Below, one piece after another: positions 1 through 9,072 of a DNA stretch of 63,500 bases. The stretch spans positions 1 through 63,500 of the forward strand of contig JAWODU010000027.1 of the NCBI GenBank assembly GCA_046483125.1, read 5' to 3'. The notes beneath the pieces are model-generated. The model was not told the DNA's origin. It did no database searches and was given only the letters and a program-made list of their open reading frames with translations. The DNA is from Kiritimatiellia bacterium. Its GTDB lineage: Bacteria; Verrucomicrobiota; Kiritimatiellia; UBA8416; JAWODU01. A program made the position numbers and the translations under genes. The stretch's first letter is position 1. Every line of letters begins with the position of its first letter.

Positions 1-119
1 GGTGGGACCCATGACAGTCCCCGCTCGATCCTCACCCTCTCCGGCAGAGGCTCCCGTACCCATCGAAGTCGTCGGCGCCGATGACCCCGTACCATGTATC
101 GACGGGGTCGAGCGGCCGA

Positions 120-156
120 CAAGTGGTCGTGGGTTCGAATCCCACCGCCCCGACCA
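120..156 (+). tRNA. 3' half of tRNA-Pro (variable loop, T-arm, acceptor 3' strand, CCA); att-site remnant or truncated tRNA
   Basis: CAAGTGGTC-GTGGG-TTCGAAT-CCCAC-CGCCCCG-A-CCA. The T-arm is perfect, and acceptor strand CGCCCCG with discriminator A is typical of tRNA-Pro. The expected 5' half (CGGGGCG...) is absent upstream. Confidence 0.8.
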
Positions 157-259
157 TTTCAGATTTTTCGGCGAATTCGCTGGTTTTCGCATCGGCGGAA
201 CCGGCGCGTGCGATGACTGCCCACGGCTCGGGAAACTCGACTGCGAGAACCGGAACCGG

Positions 260-296
260 CCTGCCTGCCAGGCCGTAGCCCTTGGGCGAAGGCTGG
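260..296. repeat. REP-like palindromic unit inside the recombinase remnant
   Basis: CCTGCCTGCCAGGCCGTAGCCCTTGGGCGAAGGCTGG, an imperfect hairpin containing GTAG. Confidence 0.4.
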
Positions 297-623
297 TCAG
301 CCCACCTTGAGGACGACCTCTCGGCGGACTTGTCGCGACAGGAGACAGCGCCTTGCCGTGCTCCATTCGGGCCAGCATGTCGTTGAAGATGGGCCGCCCC
401 GGAGTCTTGGCCGTACGCGACTCGACGAATTCACGTAGTACCGTAAGACCCTCATTGCCCGCGTACTCGCGTAGCTCGGCAAGCTGTGCCTCGATAGAGA
501 GCATCTGCCGTTCCTCATCGTCGGTCGACTTCCTCACATAGATAAAGAACTTCATGACTGCCTTCTGTAATGTACCTGTCTAGGGTGTAGACTATTATGC
601 ACCTATATGGTGTGCTTGCAGGC

Positions 624-869
624 ATGAAACGGCGAAACAGAGTTCCGAAGCATCGAAAGAGTTTCGGGGATGCAATACGGGCGGGGCGTACTGAGTTGGG
701 GCTTTCGCAAGAAGATCTGGCAGAGTGCGTCGGTTGCCATCGGAACTATCTGGGGCGCATCGAACGTGGAGAACAGAACATCACCCTGGACATGATGGTT
801 CGCGTGGCAAAGGCTCTTAACTGCGAGGTGCCTGATCTATTCACGAGAGGCGAGAAAGGGGAAAGTTGA
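624..869 (+). CDS. XRE/Cro-C1 helix-turn-helix transcriptional regulator
   Basis: FGDAIRAGRTELGLSQEDLAECVGCHRNYLGRIERGEQNITL is an HTH_3 pattern; divergent from the recombinase. Confidence 0.9.
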   Translation: MKRRNRVPKHRKSFGDAIRAGRTELGLSQEDLAECVGCHRNYLGRIERGEQNITLDMMVRVAKALNCEVPDLFTRGEKGES

Positions 870-1378
870 AGACGACAATTATATTTGCTCTTGCCTGTTT
901 CATGATCGCGACTGGAACGACCGCGCTCTATAGACAGTTCCGTCCCGAGTGGGTGGACTTCAGGAAAGGCGAAGAGAGCTTTATGAAAGGGGAATACACG
1001 GAAGCGTCGGTTCATTATCGACACGCCATCGAACGGGGGCTAACAGAACCTTCTGTGTTTCTGCGCTGCTCTCAAGCGCAATTGCTTGACGCCGACTATC
1101 CGGGCGCAGAGGAAACAGCATCTGAATATCTTCGCCACCCGGTATGGAGACCCGACCATGCCTATGAACTGGCCGAGATCTTTCTCTCCAAGGGCCGCTT
1201 CGGCACAACTTTGGAAATCCTTCAGAAAGTGGTTTCAGAGAATCCCGAAGACAGAAAGGCGCGTTTCAGGTTGGCACAGGTGCTGGCATGGACGCATGAA
1301 TTTGAGGCATCTATAGGCCACTATCACAAACTACTGGAGAGCAACCATGAAAAACACGGACAGGAAGAACGCGAGTAG
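866..1378 (+). CDS. Exported/membrane-anchored TPR protein
   Basis: N-terminal hydrophobic segment and TPR-like repeats (ARFRLAQVLAWTHEFEASIGHYHKLL); TTG start overlaps the XRE stop. Confidence 0.8.
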   Translation: MKTTIIFALACFMIATGTTALYRQFRPEWVDFRKGEESFMKGEYTEASVHYRHAIERGLTEPSVFLRCSQAQLLDADYPGAEETASEYLRHPVWRPDHAYELAEIFLSKGRFGTTLEILQKVVSENPEDRKARFRLAQVLAWTHEFEASIGHYHKLLESNHEKHGQEERE

Positions 1379-1982
1379 ATCACTTACAAGTATCGTCATT
1401 TTGCTGTTGGCAGTAACACAGACCCTTGCCGGCGAAGGCAAAACGAAGAAGGAGGAGGGTGAAATCCCGGATTGGAAAGCTCGCTGGGAACTGGCTCGCA
1501 CGCTGAGCTATGCCAAGAAACTGGACGAGTCCATTGCGCAATACGAGAAGCTTCTGGAGGAAAGACCGGAGATTGGGGAGGCGAAGGCTGAAATGGCCAC
1601 GGTAATGTTCTGGAAGGGTAAGCAGGAGGAAGCCCTCAAGATCCTTGAGGAAGTGCCGGAGAAAGAGCTCACATCGGAAGCCCAACTGGCTAGAGCGGAT
1701 ATCTACGCGTCCAAGGGTAAATACGCCATGGCAGAGAAACTGTATCGAGAGCACTTGAAGGATCACCCGAAGGCGGATCAGGTAAAGCTGAGGCTCGCCG
1801 AGACGCTAAGTTGGGCAAAGAAGTACGCTGAATCCGTTAAGGAATACGAGGCCATTCTCTTGAACCGGCCGAAGGACATTCAGGTAAGGCGTAAGTACGC
1901 GCTGGTGCTCAGTTGGATGGGCCGTCACGACAGGGCTGCGGCCGAACTCGAGAAGACGCTCGCGGAGGAGCATTCCAAATGA
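1347..1982 (+). CDS. Periplasmic TPR protein
   Basis: Signal peptide and repeated LARTLSYAKK / LAETLSWAKK / YALVLSWMGR TPR units. Confidence 0.85.
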   Translation: MKNTDRKNASRSLTSIVILLLAVTQTLAGEGKTKKEEGEIPDWKARWELARTLSYAKKLDESIAQYEKLLEERPEIGEAKAEMATVMFWKGKQEEALKILEEVPEKELTSEAQLARADIYASKGKYAMAEKLYREHLKDHPKADQVKLRLAETLSWAKKYAESVKEYEAILLNRPKDIQVRRKYALVLSWMGRHDRAAAELEKTLAEEHSK

Positions 1983-4612
1983 CGGGAATGGCCGGCAGTC
2001 AGCGATGGCTTGGGGCACAGCATAGCATTTCGCTAGCTGTAGCAGCCCTGGCAATACTGCGACTTGCCGGTCTATGCCATGCTTCGTCGGATACCATCGT
2101 GCCGCGTGATCAATGGGTGTCTGATGAACATGCCAGAGCCATTGTCGTTCTGTGCGAAGCAGAAGGCGGGAATGAAAAAGCAGCACGGGACTCATACTAC
2201 CATCTACTGAGCACATCCAATCTGACGTGGGGAATCCGGCTCCAACTCGCAGAGATACCCCTGTCCTGGGGGGACTATGCCAGTGCCGATCGGATATACA
2301 ATGAGTACTTGGAGACACATGCCGATGACTGCGACATCCTTGCGAGGCGGGCCGCCGTGTTGGCTGCAGCGCAGCAGTATGAACGCGCTGAAGGATTGAC
2401 CAGGCGTTGCATCCTGCACAAACCAGATAACGTTGCGCTACTGCTCCAGCTCGCCGACATTAAGCGCGCCGGCGGGGAGTTCTCCGCCGCTTTGAAGATT
2501 CTCGAAGACCTCCCATCTTCAAGGAACTCACACTACGTTGCCGCTGTTCTGGAGGCAAGGGGTAAGATACTGCTTAACTTGAAGGAATGGGTGGAGGCGA
2601 GAGCAACCTACAAAACACTAAGCGGATTGCCCGATCGCCTGAAAAACGGGCTGACCGGTTTGGGACTCTGTGATTTGGGCCAGGGCGAGAAGCAGACGGC
2701 ACTCGGACGCTTCGAAGCGATTCTACAGATCGATCCATCCGACATCTCCGCCCGGTTTTACAAACTTCTGTGCGCGGGCGATGAACCCGGCAGCGAGTCG
2801 TTTCTCAAGAGTGTGCATGAGGGGTGGTCCATACCGGATTTGATTGCATGGGCGGAGCTTTGCAGCAAAAACGGCGACCATCCCGGAGCCATTCGTACCC
2901 TGCGGCATGCTTTGACAAGACATCCCGCATCATATGTCGTACGCCTGAACCTTGCGCGCACATTAGCTTCACGCAGGGAGTTTGATGAAGCCCTGGATGT
3001 ATACCGAGAGCTGAATGCAGACTTTTCAAATAGTTATACCGCCCAACTGGAGTGGGCACGCACGCTTTCCTGGGCAAAGGAATATGATGTATCACTGGAC
3101 TTGTACGCCCGTCTGGTCGAGCAGGACCCGAAGAATGTCGTTCCCGGCAGGGAACGAGCTCGTGTCGCGGTCTGGGCCAAGAGAATGGATACGGCGTTGC
3201 AGTTCTACTCCGCGCTACTTGAACCTTCTGTCGACTCCCTGCTGGCGACCGAGCTGGCAGCGGCTGGGAGTGCAGAAACGCCGGCGATTCAAGATGTCCG
3301 CCATGAGGTGAAAGAGCGTTCAGGCGGTAGGCCTTATGATGCCTATGAATGGCTCTTTGTCGAGGGCAACACGAATGCCCTGGATGCCGTTGCCAAGGAG
3401 CGTTTGGGTGCCTTCCGCATGCGACATCTGGCGGCCTACAGGATACAGAAAGCCATTTACCTCGAAAAAGAAGAGAAGGATCTTGCCGAGAACAAGCGAT
3501 ACTGGCGCGCGGCGCAACTTGCGCGGCAACTTGTCGACTTCGCACCGGGTAACCAGGAGGCGGTGTACGATCTGAGCCAGCTCCAATTTGCCTTGGGGCT
3601 CGAACGCGAAGCTGTGCGGACTACGGAGAAGCTATACAGAACCAGTCCAAACCACAACATCGCACCTGAAATTCTCGAAACAGCCGCCAGGCGGCAACAG
3701 CCATATATTCTAGGTAACGGCTCTTACTGGCACGAGGAAGGGCGCGGGGATCTGATCGACATCACGAGGCTCCAATATGGCCTGGGCGTGGGTGTTCCCA
3801 TCTTGCAGCGTGGCCACCTGGAAGCCGCCGGCCGCTACTGGGACGAGCGTCCTCGCGTGAGTGATTCGTCCTATGAAGCAAGAGGTGTGTCTTTGCGCGG
3901 TCACGGCGTGCTTCTGCCCTGGCTGGTTGCAGACGGTTCGTTAGCGCTGAAAGACTATCTCAACGACGGTATTGACGATACGCGGACCGGCCACATCGAG
4001 TGCAGCGCCAATGTGCGTGACTGGGCAAAGTTGACCCTCAGACGTGAGCGAACTGATGAATTATACAACAAGTTTGGTTTAGAACAGAACACCCAAGCCG
4101 ATTCGTGGGTGTTGAAGGGCCATTCATTCCTGACGCGCGATCTCGAAATGACAGCCACTGGACAAATCATGGATTACTCCGACGGAAACCGTGGTGAGCA
4201 GGTTTATGCAAACCTGGCTTACAGCTTGACGGACCACCCTCGCATCCTCAAGGCGGCTGTTTTCGGCGAAACCAGAGACACGGATCATGAAACGGAATAT
4301 GTCGATGCAGACGGGACGTTGACGGATGTGGTCTATCCCTACTGGACTCCCGTTGACTACCAGGCGTGGGGTATCATGCTGGAGTGGCGTCACGACATCT
4401 CTCCCATATTCGCCCGAGGAACAGATCACCGTTACTACGATGTGCTCGTGACGCTGCGCGATGATTCGGAAGAAAATCCCACTGTAGAGATCAAAGGCCA
4501 ACTCCATGTTGAATTCCGAAAGCGGTGGTTGATCGGTTGTGAACTAGCGCTCATACGTTCCGAGCAGTGGGATGGCGAAGGACTCTGGCTCACAGTGAAA
4601 CGACATTTCTGA
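1979..4612 (+). CDS. TPR plus C-terminal outer-membrane beta-barrel protein (PgaA/BcsC/PelB-like polysaccharide export)
   Basis: ATG 1979 with GGAGGA RBS. About 580 aa of TPRs are followed by an alternating beta-strand region ending in terminal Phe (LWLTVKRHF); YWTP motif. Confidence 0.75.
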   Translation: MTGMAGSQRWLGAQHSISLAVAALAILRLAGLCHASSDTIVPRDQWVSDEHARAIVVLCEAEGGNEKAARDSYYHLLSTSNLTWGIRLQLAEIPLSWGDYASADRIYNEYLETHADDCDILARRAAVLAAAQQYERAEGLTRRCILHKPDNVALLLQLADIKRAGGEFSAALKILEDLPSSRNSHYVAAVLEARGKILLNLKEWVEARATYKTLSGLPDRLKNGLTGLGLCDLGQGEKQTALGRFEAILQIDPSDISARFYKLLCAGDEPGSESFLKSVHEGWSIPDLIAWAELCSKNGDHPGAIRTLRHALTRHPASYVVRLNLARTLASRREFDEALDVYRELNADFSNSYTAQLEWARTLSWAKEYDVSLDLYARLVEQDPKNVVPGRERARVAVWAKRMDTALQFYSALLEPSVDSLLATELAAAGSAETPAIQDVRHEVKERSGGRPYDAYEWLFVEGNTNALDAVAKERLGAFRMRHLAAYRIQKAIYLEKEEKDLAENKRYWRAAQLARQLVDFAPGNQEAVYDLSQLQFALGLEREAVRTTEKLYRTSPNHNIAPEILETAARRQQPYILGNGSYWHEEGRGDLIDITRLQYGLGVGVPILQRGHLEAAGRYWDERPRVSDSSYEARGVSLRGHGVLLPWLVADGSLALKDYLNDGIDDTRTGHIECSANVRDWAKLTLRRERTDELYNKFGLEQNTQADSWVLKGHSFLTRDLEMTATGQIMDYSDGNRGEQVYANLAYSLTDHPRILKAAVFGETRDTDHETEYVDADGTLTDVVYPYWTPVDYQAWGIMLEWRHDISPIFARGTDHRYYDVLVTLRDDSEENPTVEIKGQLHVEFRKRWLIGCELALIRSEQWDGEGLWLTVKRHF

Positions 4613-4613
4613 C

Positions 4614-6287
4614 ATGCAGAACGAAAAAGACAAGACACGATCGAAAAAGCATCATGGCAGAGCTTCGGTGCTGCTGCTGGCCATACCGGGGGCGGTGATC
4701 CTGGCGGCTGTTGCTTATCTCGTGGTTCGTACACTTCTCTTTCTGATTGCCGATTACGTTTGGTATGAGAAGGTCGTTGCTCTCGTGCTGCTGCTTGCGG
4801 AGGGCTTTCTGCTTCTGCACGGCGTGGGGTATTTCATGGAAATTGTGCGCGTTCTGGCCCGGCGGCGCGGGTGGAGGATCAGCGAGACGGAAATACCGGC
4901 GCTGGAATCGTTTCCGCCGGTTGCAGTGATCGTCTCATCATTCAAGGAACCTATCCCTGTGATTCGGGACACACTCACGGCATTCTACAATCTGGACTAC
5001 CCGAACAAGCAAATCTACCTGCTTGACGATACACGCTATGACATGCCGGGCAGCGACGTGCAGGAAATGACTGACTATCGCAATGCGGTCGGCAATCTTT
5101 GCCGGGACTTGAAAGTCGATCTTTTCCGGCGTTCCTGGCGCGGCGCGAAGGCAGGAATGATCAACGACTTCCTGGAGTTTGTGGACGGAAAGGCGAAAGA
5201 AGGGTTCTCGATTCAACGCTTCGCGCATTCGTTGCCTACTGACAAGCCGAAGTACATTGTTGTCTTTGATGCCGATATGAACCCGTTTCCAAGCTTTCTG
5301 GGCAAGCTGGTTCCCATCATGGAGAGCCAGCCACAGATGGCGTTCATCCAGACCCCGCAGTATTACACCAACTTCGAAGCCAACCGGATCGCCCGGGCCG
5401 CGGGTCTTCAGCAAGCGGTTTTCTACGAGTACATCTGCGAAGGTAAATCACTCCAGGATGCCATGTTCTGCTGCGGGACCAATGTCATCTTCCGCCGTGA
5501 GGCGCTGATGGATGTCGGTGGTTTCGACGAGACTTCGGTAACCGAAGACTTCGCCACGTCTTTGAAATTCCACTTACGGGGGTGGCATTCCGCATATCTG
5601 AACAGGGTCGGCGCTTTTGGAATGGGCCCAGAGGATCTGGTTTCTTATTTTAAACAGCAGTTCCGATGGGCGTTGGGCACCATAGGGTTGTTCAGGAAGA
5701 TAATTATCCTTTTCCTCCGAAATCCGAAAAGCCTGACGAAAGCCCGTTGGTGGGAATACGTTTTGTCCGGTTCATACTACTTTGTTGGTTTCGTTTTCTT
5801 TGTGTTGGCAGTATGCCCGATACTTTATCTCTTCTTCAATGTCCCGACGTTTTTCGCGAGGCCCGAGATCTACGTGCTCTTTTTTGTGCCGTACTTCGTT
5901 CTAACCCTATCCATATATGCGTTCACTCTCCGCGCCCGGCACTACACATTCAAAGAACTGGTTACTGGCCAATTGCTGATTGCTATCAGTTTCCCCGTTT
6001 ATCTGCGTGCTGCGCTTCTGGCGCTATTGGGTATTCGCGGCAAGTTCGCGGTTACCGGCAAAGACGGTTCCGCCATTGTGCCATGGCAGGCGATCTGGGC
6101 ACAACTTGCGTTGGCCGGCGCGTGCGTGGCTGCGATAGCTTGGGGAGCGAACAGGCTATACTACGAGAGAGCCGGCGTTCCGGCGATTGCCGTTAACATG
6201 GTCTGGTGCCTCTACCACACACTCATCCTATCGGCCGTACTGTATTTCCGGAATCCGGCTGAGACAAAGAAGGAAGCACAAGCGTGA
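4614..6287 (+). CDS. Processive GT2 polysaccharide synthase (cellulose synthase BcsA-like, no PilZ domain)
   Basis: Motifs YLLDD, GAKAG, FDAD, FIQTPQ, FCCGT, TED and QQFRW (QxxRW); 2 N-terminal and several C-terminal TM helices. Confidence 0.9.
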   Translation: MQNEKDKTRSKKHHGRASVLLLAIPGAVILAAVAYLVVRTLLFLIADYVWYEKVVALVLLLAEGFLLLHGVGYFMEIVRVLARRRGWRISETEIPALESFPPVAVIVSSFKEPIPVIRDTLTAFYNLDYPNKQIYLLDDTRYDMPGSDVQEMTDYRNAVGNLCRDLKVDLFRRSWRGAKAGMINDFLEFVDGKAKEGFSIQRFAHSLPTDKPKYIVVFDADMNPFPSFLGKLVPIMESQPQMAFIQTPQYYTNFEANRIARAAGLQQAVFYEYICEGKSLQDAMFCCGTNVIFRREALMDVGGFDETSVTEDFATSLKFHLRGWHSAYLNRVGAFGMGPEDLVSYFKQQFRWALGTIGLFRKIIILFLRNPKSLTKARWWEYVLSGSYYFVGFVFFVLAVCPILYLFFNVPTFFARPEIYVLFFVPYFVLTLSIYAFTLRARHYTFKELVTGQLLIAISFPVYLRAALLALLGIRGKFAVTGKDGSAIVPWQAIWAQLALAGACVAAIAWGANRLYYERAGVPAIAVNMVWCLYHTLILSAVLYFRNPAETKKEAQA

Positions 6288-7327
6288 AGCGCCACCAGAC
6301 AGTGGTCATGTTGCTGACCTGCACACTGCTTGCCGGGGGCGGATGTCGTGTAATGAGTGAGGGACATCCGGCGGCGGAAGCAACGTACGTAGGTTTCGCT
6401 CTGGATGGTTATCCCATAACGGAAGAGCGCTTACATGGGTTGGCCGGCCCTCAGGGACAGCGGCCGGACATGGTTATGTTCTATCTCCAATGGCCGTCCC
6501 CTGCGAACCTTGCTGGATCCGATTTTCCGACTGAAAGCGTCGAAGCAATTCATGATGCTGGATCGATGCCGTGCATAACATGGGAGCCAATGTACATTGA
6601 AGGCGGAGAAGAAAAGACCATTCAGGCTTCTGTTGTTACAAATGGGACCTACGATGCCTACATTCGGACCTTTGCGCGGCAAGCGGCCGATTGGGGGAAG
6701 CCGGTACTGGTTCGATTTGCTCATGAGATGAACATCAGCCGCTATCATTGGGGCACATCAGAAGCCGATTATGGTCCCGATAGCCCTCGCCTATACACTG
6801 CGCTGTTCCGTTATGTGGTAGAGCTCTGCCGAGACGCCGGCAATACAAACATACTCTGGGTGTTCTGCCCCAATGCGGAATCCGTGCCTGCCCCTTCACA
6901 AGAGGATGCAACAACTTGGAACAGGATGCTAAGCTACTATCCGGGCGATGCCTATGTCGATGTTCTGGGTGTGGACGGGTATAATTGGGGATTGAGCCGG
7001 AACACAAAAGAACACGGATGGACGAGTCGTCCCAAAACGTTCAGAGATATTTTCGAAAAACCGGTTCGCGAACTCACGATAGTCGCACCGCAGAAGCCAG
7101 TAATCGTTTTTGAGACCGCGAGCGTGGGCGACACTTCGGAAAAGTCCGAATGGCTTCGCAAAGCGTTCAACGCGTCCGCGGATCTCGACATACACGGAAT
7201 CATCTGGTTCCAGGTTGACAAAGAAACGTATTGGACACTGCCGGTTGAGGTGCTCTACGGACTGAAAAAGTCTACGGCCGCTCAGGGCCGCAACATTCAT
7301 CAGTGGATCAAAGGAATTCAGAAATGA
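6284..7327 (+). CDS. GH26 glycoside hydrolase (beta-mannanase-like), probable lipoprotein
   Basis: TWEP, RFAHEMN, YYPGDAYVDVLGVDGYN, nucleophile in VFET; lipobox-like LAGGGC. Confidence 0.85.
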   Translation: MKRHQTVVMLLTCTLLAGGGCRVMSEGHPAAEATYVGFALDGYPITEERLHGLAGPQGQRPDMVMFYLQWPSPANLAGSDFPTESVEAIHDAGSMPCITWEPMYIEGGEEKTIQASVVTNGTYDAYIRTFARQAADWGKPVLVRFAHEMNISRYHWGTSEADYGPDSPRLYTALFRYVVELCRDAGNTNILWVFCPNAESVPAPSQEDATTWNRMLSYYPGDAYVDVLGVDGYNWGLSRNTKEHGWTSRPKTFRDIFEKPVRELTIVAPQKPVIVFETASVGDTSEKSEWLRKAFNASADLDIHGIIWFQVDKETYWTLPVEVLYGLKKSTAAQGRNIHQWIKGIQK

Positions 7328-7560
7328 CCAAAGAGGAACTGCAGGAAAGCATATCAGAGGCGATCAGAACCGAGGAATCTGCTTCCGCTCTTTACCTGAA
7401 GCATCTTGACGCCATCGTCACGCGAAGCGGTTTGCCGGACAATACCGTTAACGAAGCGAGACAGATCGTATTCGCGCTGATAAATGCCAATAAGCGCCAT
7501 AAGGCGCTTCTGGAGGACTTGCGGGAACGAGTGCGGGGGGAGAAGATCGATGTTTACTGA
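7324..7560 (+). CDS. Small two-helix ferritin/rubrerythrin-like protein
   Basis: AIRTEESASALY...NANKRH helical-hairpin pattern; ATGA overlap with the GH26 stop. Confidence 0.55.
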   Translation: MTKEELQESISEAIRTEESASALYLKHLDAIVTRSGLPDNTVNEARQIVFALINANKRHKALLEDLRERVRGEKIDVY

Positions 7561-7768
7561 GAGTGATTTGCGCGAGTATTGTTCCGATCTCTTGAAGTTG
7601 GAAAACAAGATGAAGGCCGTATACAAAGACCTGTCGGCGCGGCTTTCACATGCTGAGCATAGCAAGTTATTTGCCCAGTTGGCCAAAGAAGAGCAACAAC
7701 ACGCATCACAGGTGAACCGCCTGTTGGAGATTCTTGTGGGAGGTACCAAGCCCGACCGTTCTGCATGA
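7550..7768 (+). CDS. Small two-helix ferritin/rubrerythrin-like protein
   Basis: LENKMKAVY...LFAQLAKEEQQH with an ExxH metal-ligand motif; overlaps the previous gene. Confidence 0.65.
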   Translation: MFTESDLREYCSDLLKLENKMKAVYKDLSARLSHAEHSKLFAQLAKEEQQHASQVNRLLEILVGGTKPDRSA

Positions 7769-7953
7769 ACGACCCGCTCCTGCGGGGGCGACCGCCGACG
7801 CGACCGTCGCGAAATGCGCCGGAAATCCCGCCGATGGCGGGACAAGTATGAAATGGTCGAAGCCCCTCATCGATTGTGCTTTTCAGGAGATAGCTCGCGG
7901 GGTGGTCTTGGGCCGCGATGCGGCAAGACAGGTCAAGGGTGCGGTGAAAAATG

Positions 7954-8937
7954 CTACCCGCCCCACGTTGAAGGGTCCTTTGCGAGCCGGACGAATTCGT
8001 CGCACATGGCCTCGATGGCTTCATCGGTGTGGCCTGCTCCGGCGGGATCCGGGTACCACTTGGGGATAAAGCCGCCCCGGGGGCGGCCGAGGCGGCGGAC
8101 CATATCGCGGCAGTAGGCGCGTATCTCATCCGGGTTGCCGCGCGCCATGGTGTTCTGGATATCCACGGGGGAATAGAAAGCGATCCGGCCGCCGAACCGT
8201 TCCCCGAGCTGTTCGAGCCCCATGTTTTCCTGTTGATCCATCTGAATCACTTCCAGTCCCGCGTCAATCATGTCGTCGAGGACATCGACGATATAGCCGC
8301 ACGAATGCAGAATGGTGTGGAGTCCCGCCTCGCGGGCGGCGCCCCACACGCGGGAATAGCGGGGTTTCCACAGAGCGCGCCATTTTTCCGGATCGATCAT
8401 AAGTCGATCCTGAAGTCCCCAGTCGTCCATACTGATAATGGCGTCCACGTCATACGCCGCGTAACGTTCGATCGCGTAGAGGTTGATATCGACCAGTATG
8501 TCTATGAGGCGGCACAGTTCATCCGGACCGGTGTGAATGTCCATCCACGCGTTCTGCAGGCCGCGGATGAAGTGGATGCGTTCAAAGAGACTGGTGGCTG
8601 TGGCAACGAGGAACCTGTCGCCGGCTTCCTCGCGTGCGCGCTTCACGCCTTCCCATCGGCGTTCTTCGCGGATGTCGGGCACATTCAGTTTGCCAAGATC
8701 GGCCCAGTGCTCCAGAGGGGATTCGACGACCTCGCCCAGCTTGCAAAGTCCGATGTTGCGCCAGAGACAACCCCACTCGTCGCGTTCTTCGGTGAAGTCG
8801 CCGTACGGCCGATGGTCCGGGTGGGGATCCGCGCATGTGGAGGCGAAGTCACTGCCCCAGCTATCGGGAAGATTAAACGGCAGTCGCGGAGGCGATTGGA
8901 ACGTAATCGCGGAATGGACGATTTCGCGCGGTGTCAT
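7954..8937 (-). CDS. Uroporphyrinogen decarboxylase-like (URO-D/MtaA-CmuA superfamily) protein
   Basis: DEWGCLW, MDDWGLQ, LHSCG, VDIQ motifs. Confidence 0.85.
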   Translation of the reverse strand: MTPREIVHSAITFQSPPRLPFNLPDSWGSDFASTCADPHPDHRPYGDFTEERDEWGCLWRNIGLCKLGEVVESPLEHWADLGKLNVPDIREERRWEGVKRAREEAGDRFLVATATSLFERIHFIRGLQNAWMDIHTGPDELCRLIDILVDINLYAIERYAAYDVDAIISMDDWGLQDRLMIDPEKWRALWKPRYSRVWGAAREAGLHTILHSCGYIVDVLDDMIDAGLEVIQMDQQENMGLEQLGERFGGRIAFYSPVDIQNTMARGNPDEIRAYCRDMVRRLGRPRGGFIPKWYPDPAGAGHTDEAIEAMCDEFVRLAKDPSTWGG

Positions 8938-9035
8938 GACGGGAAAGATAACGTGTCATGCGCCGTCTCGCAAGCGGGGGATCGCGTCCGGCGAGGCGGG
9001 GCTCCCGTGTTTTCCCGGTATAAAGCTCTGAACGC

Positions 9036-9064
9036 TTGACACAATCGGGGCGCGCCTCGACACT
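9036..9064 (+). promoter_or_regulatory. Putative sigma70 promoter
   Basis: TTGACA-17 bp-GACACT, ending 8 bp before ATG 9073 (possibly a near-leaderless mRNA). Confidence 0.4.
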
Positions 9065-9072
9065 CTGGGGCC

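Larger units (their letters stand above)
1..555 (-). pseudogene. Large serine recombinase remnant (N-terminal resolvase domain only, internally deleted); frame open to the window edge
   Basis: Manual translation from ATG 555: MKFFIYVRKSTDDEERQMLSIEAQLAELREYAGNEGLTVLREFVESRTAKTPGRPIFNDMLARMEHGKA, with the Y-x-R-x-S catalytic motif. Similarity stops before the DRLxR motif, and the frame later reads KWSGRWDSNPRP antisense through the tRNA. Not in the ORF track. Confidence 0.8.

Noticed and set aside
4614-6287. Assigning the symbol bcsA
   Set aside because: No PilZ domain, bcsB or GH8 bcsZ; the product is unknown
8029-9039. 336-aa plus-strand ORF
   Set aside because: Antisense shadow of the URO-D-like gene with no motifs
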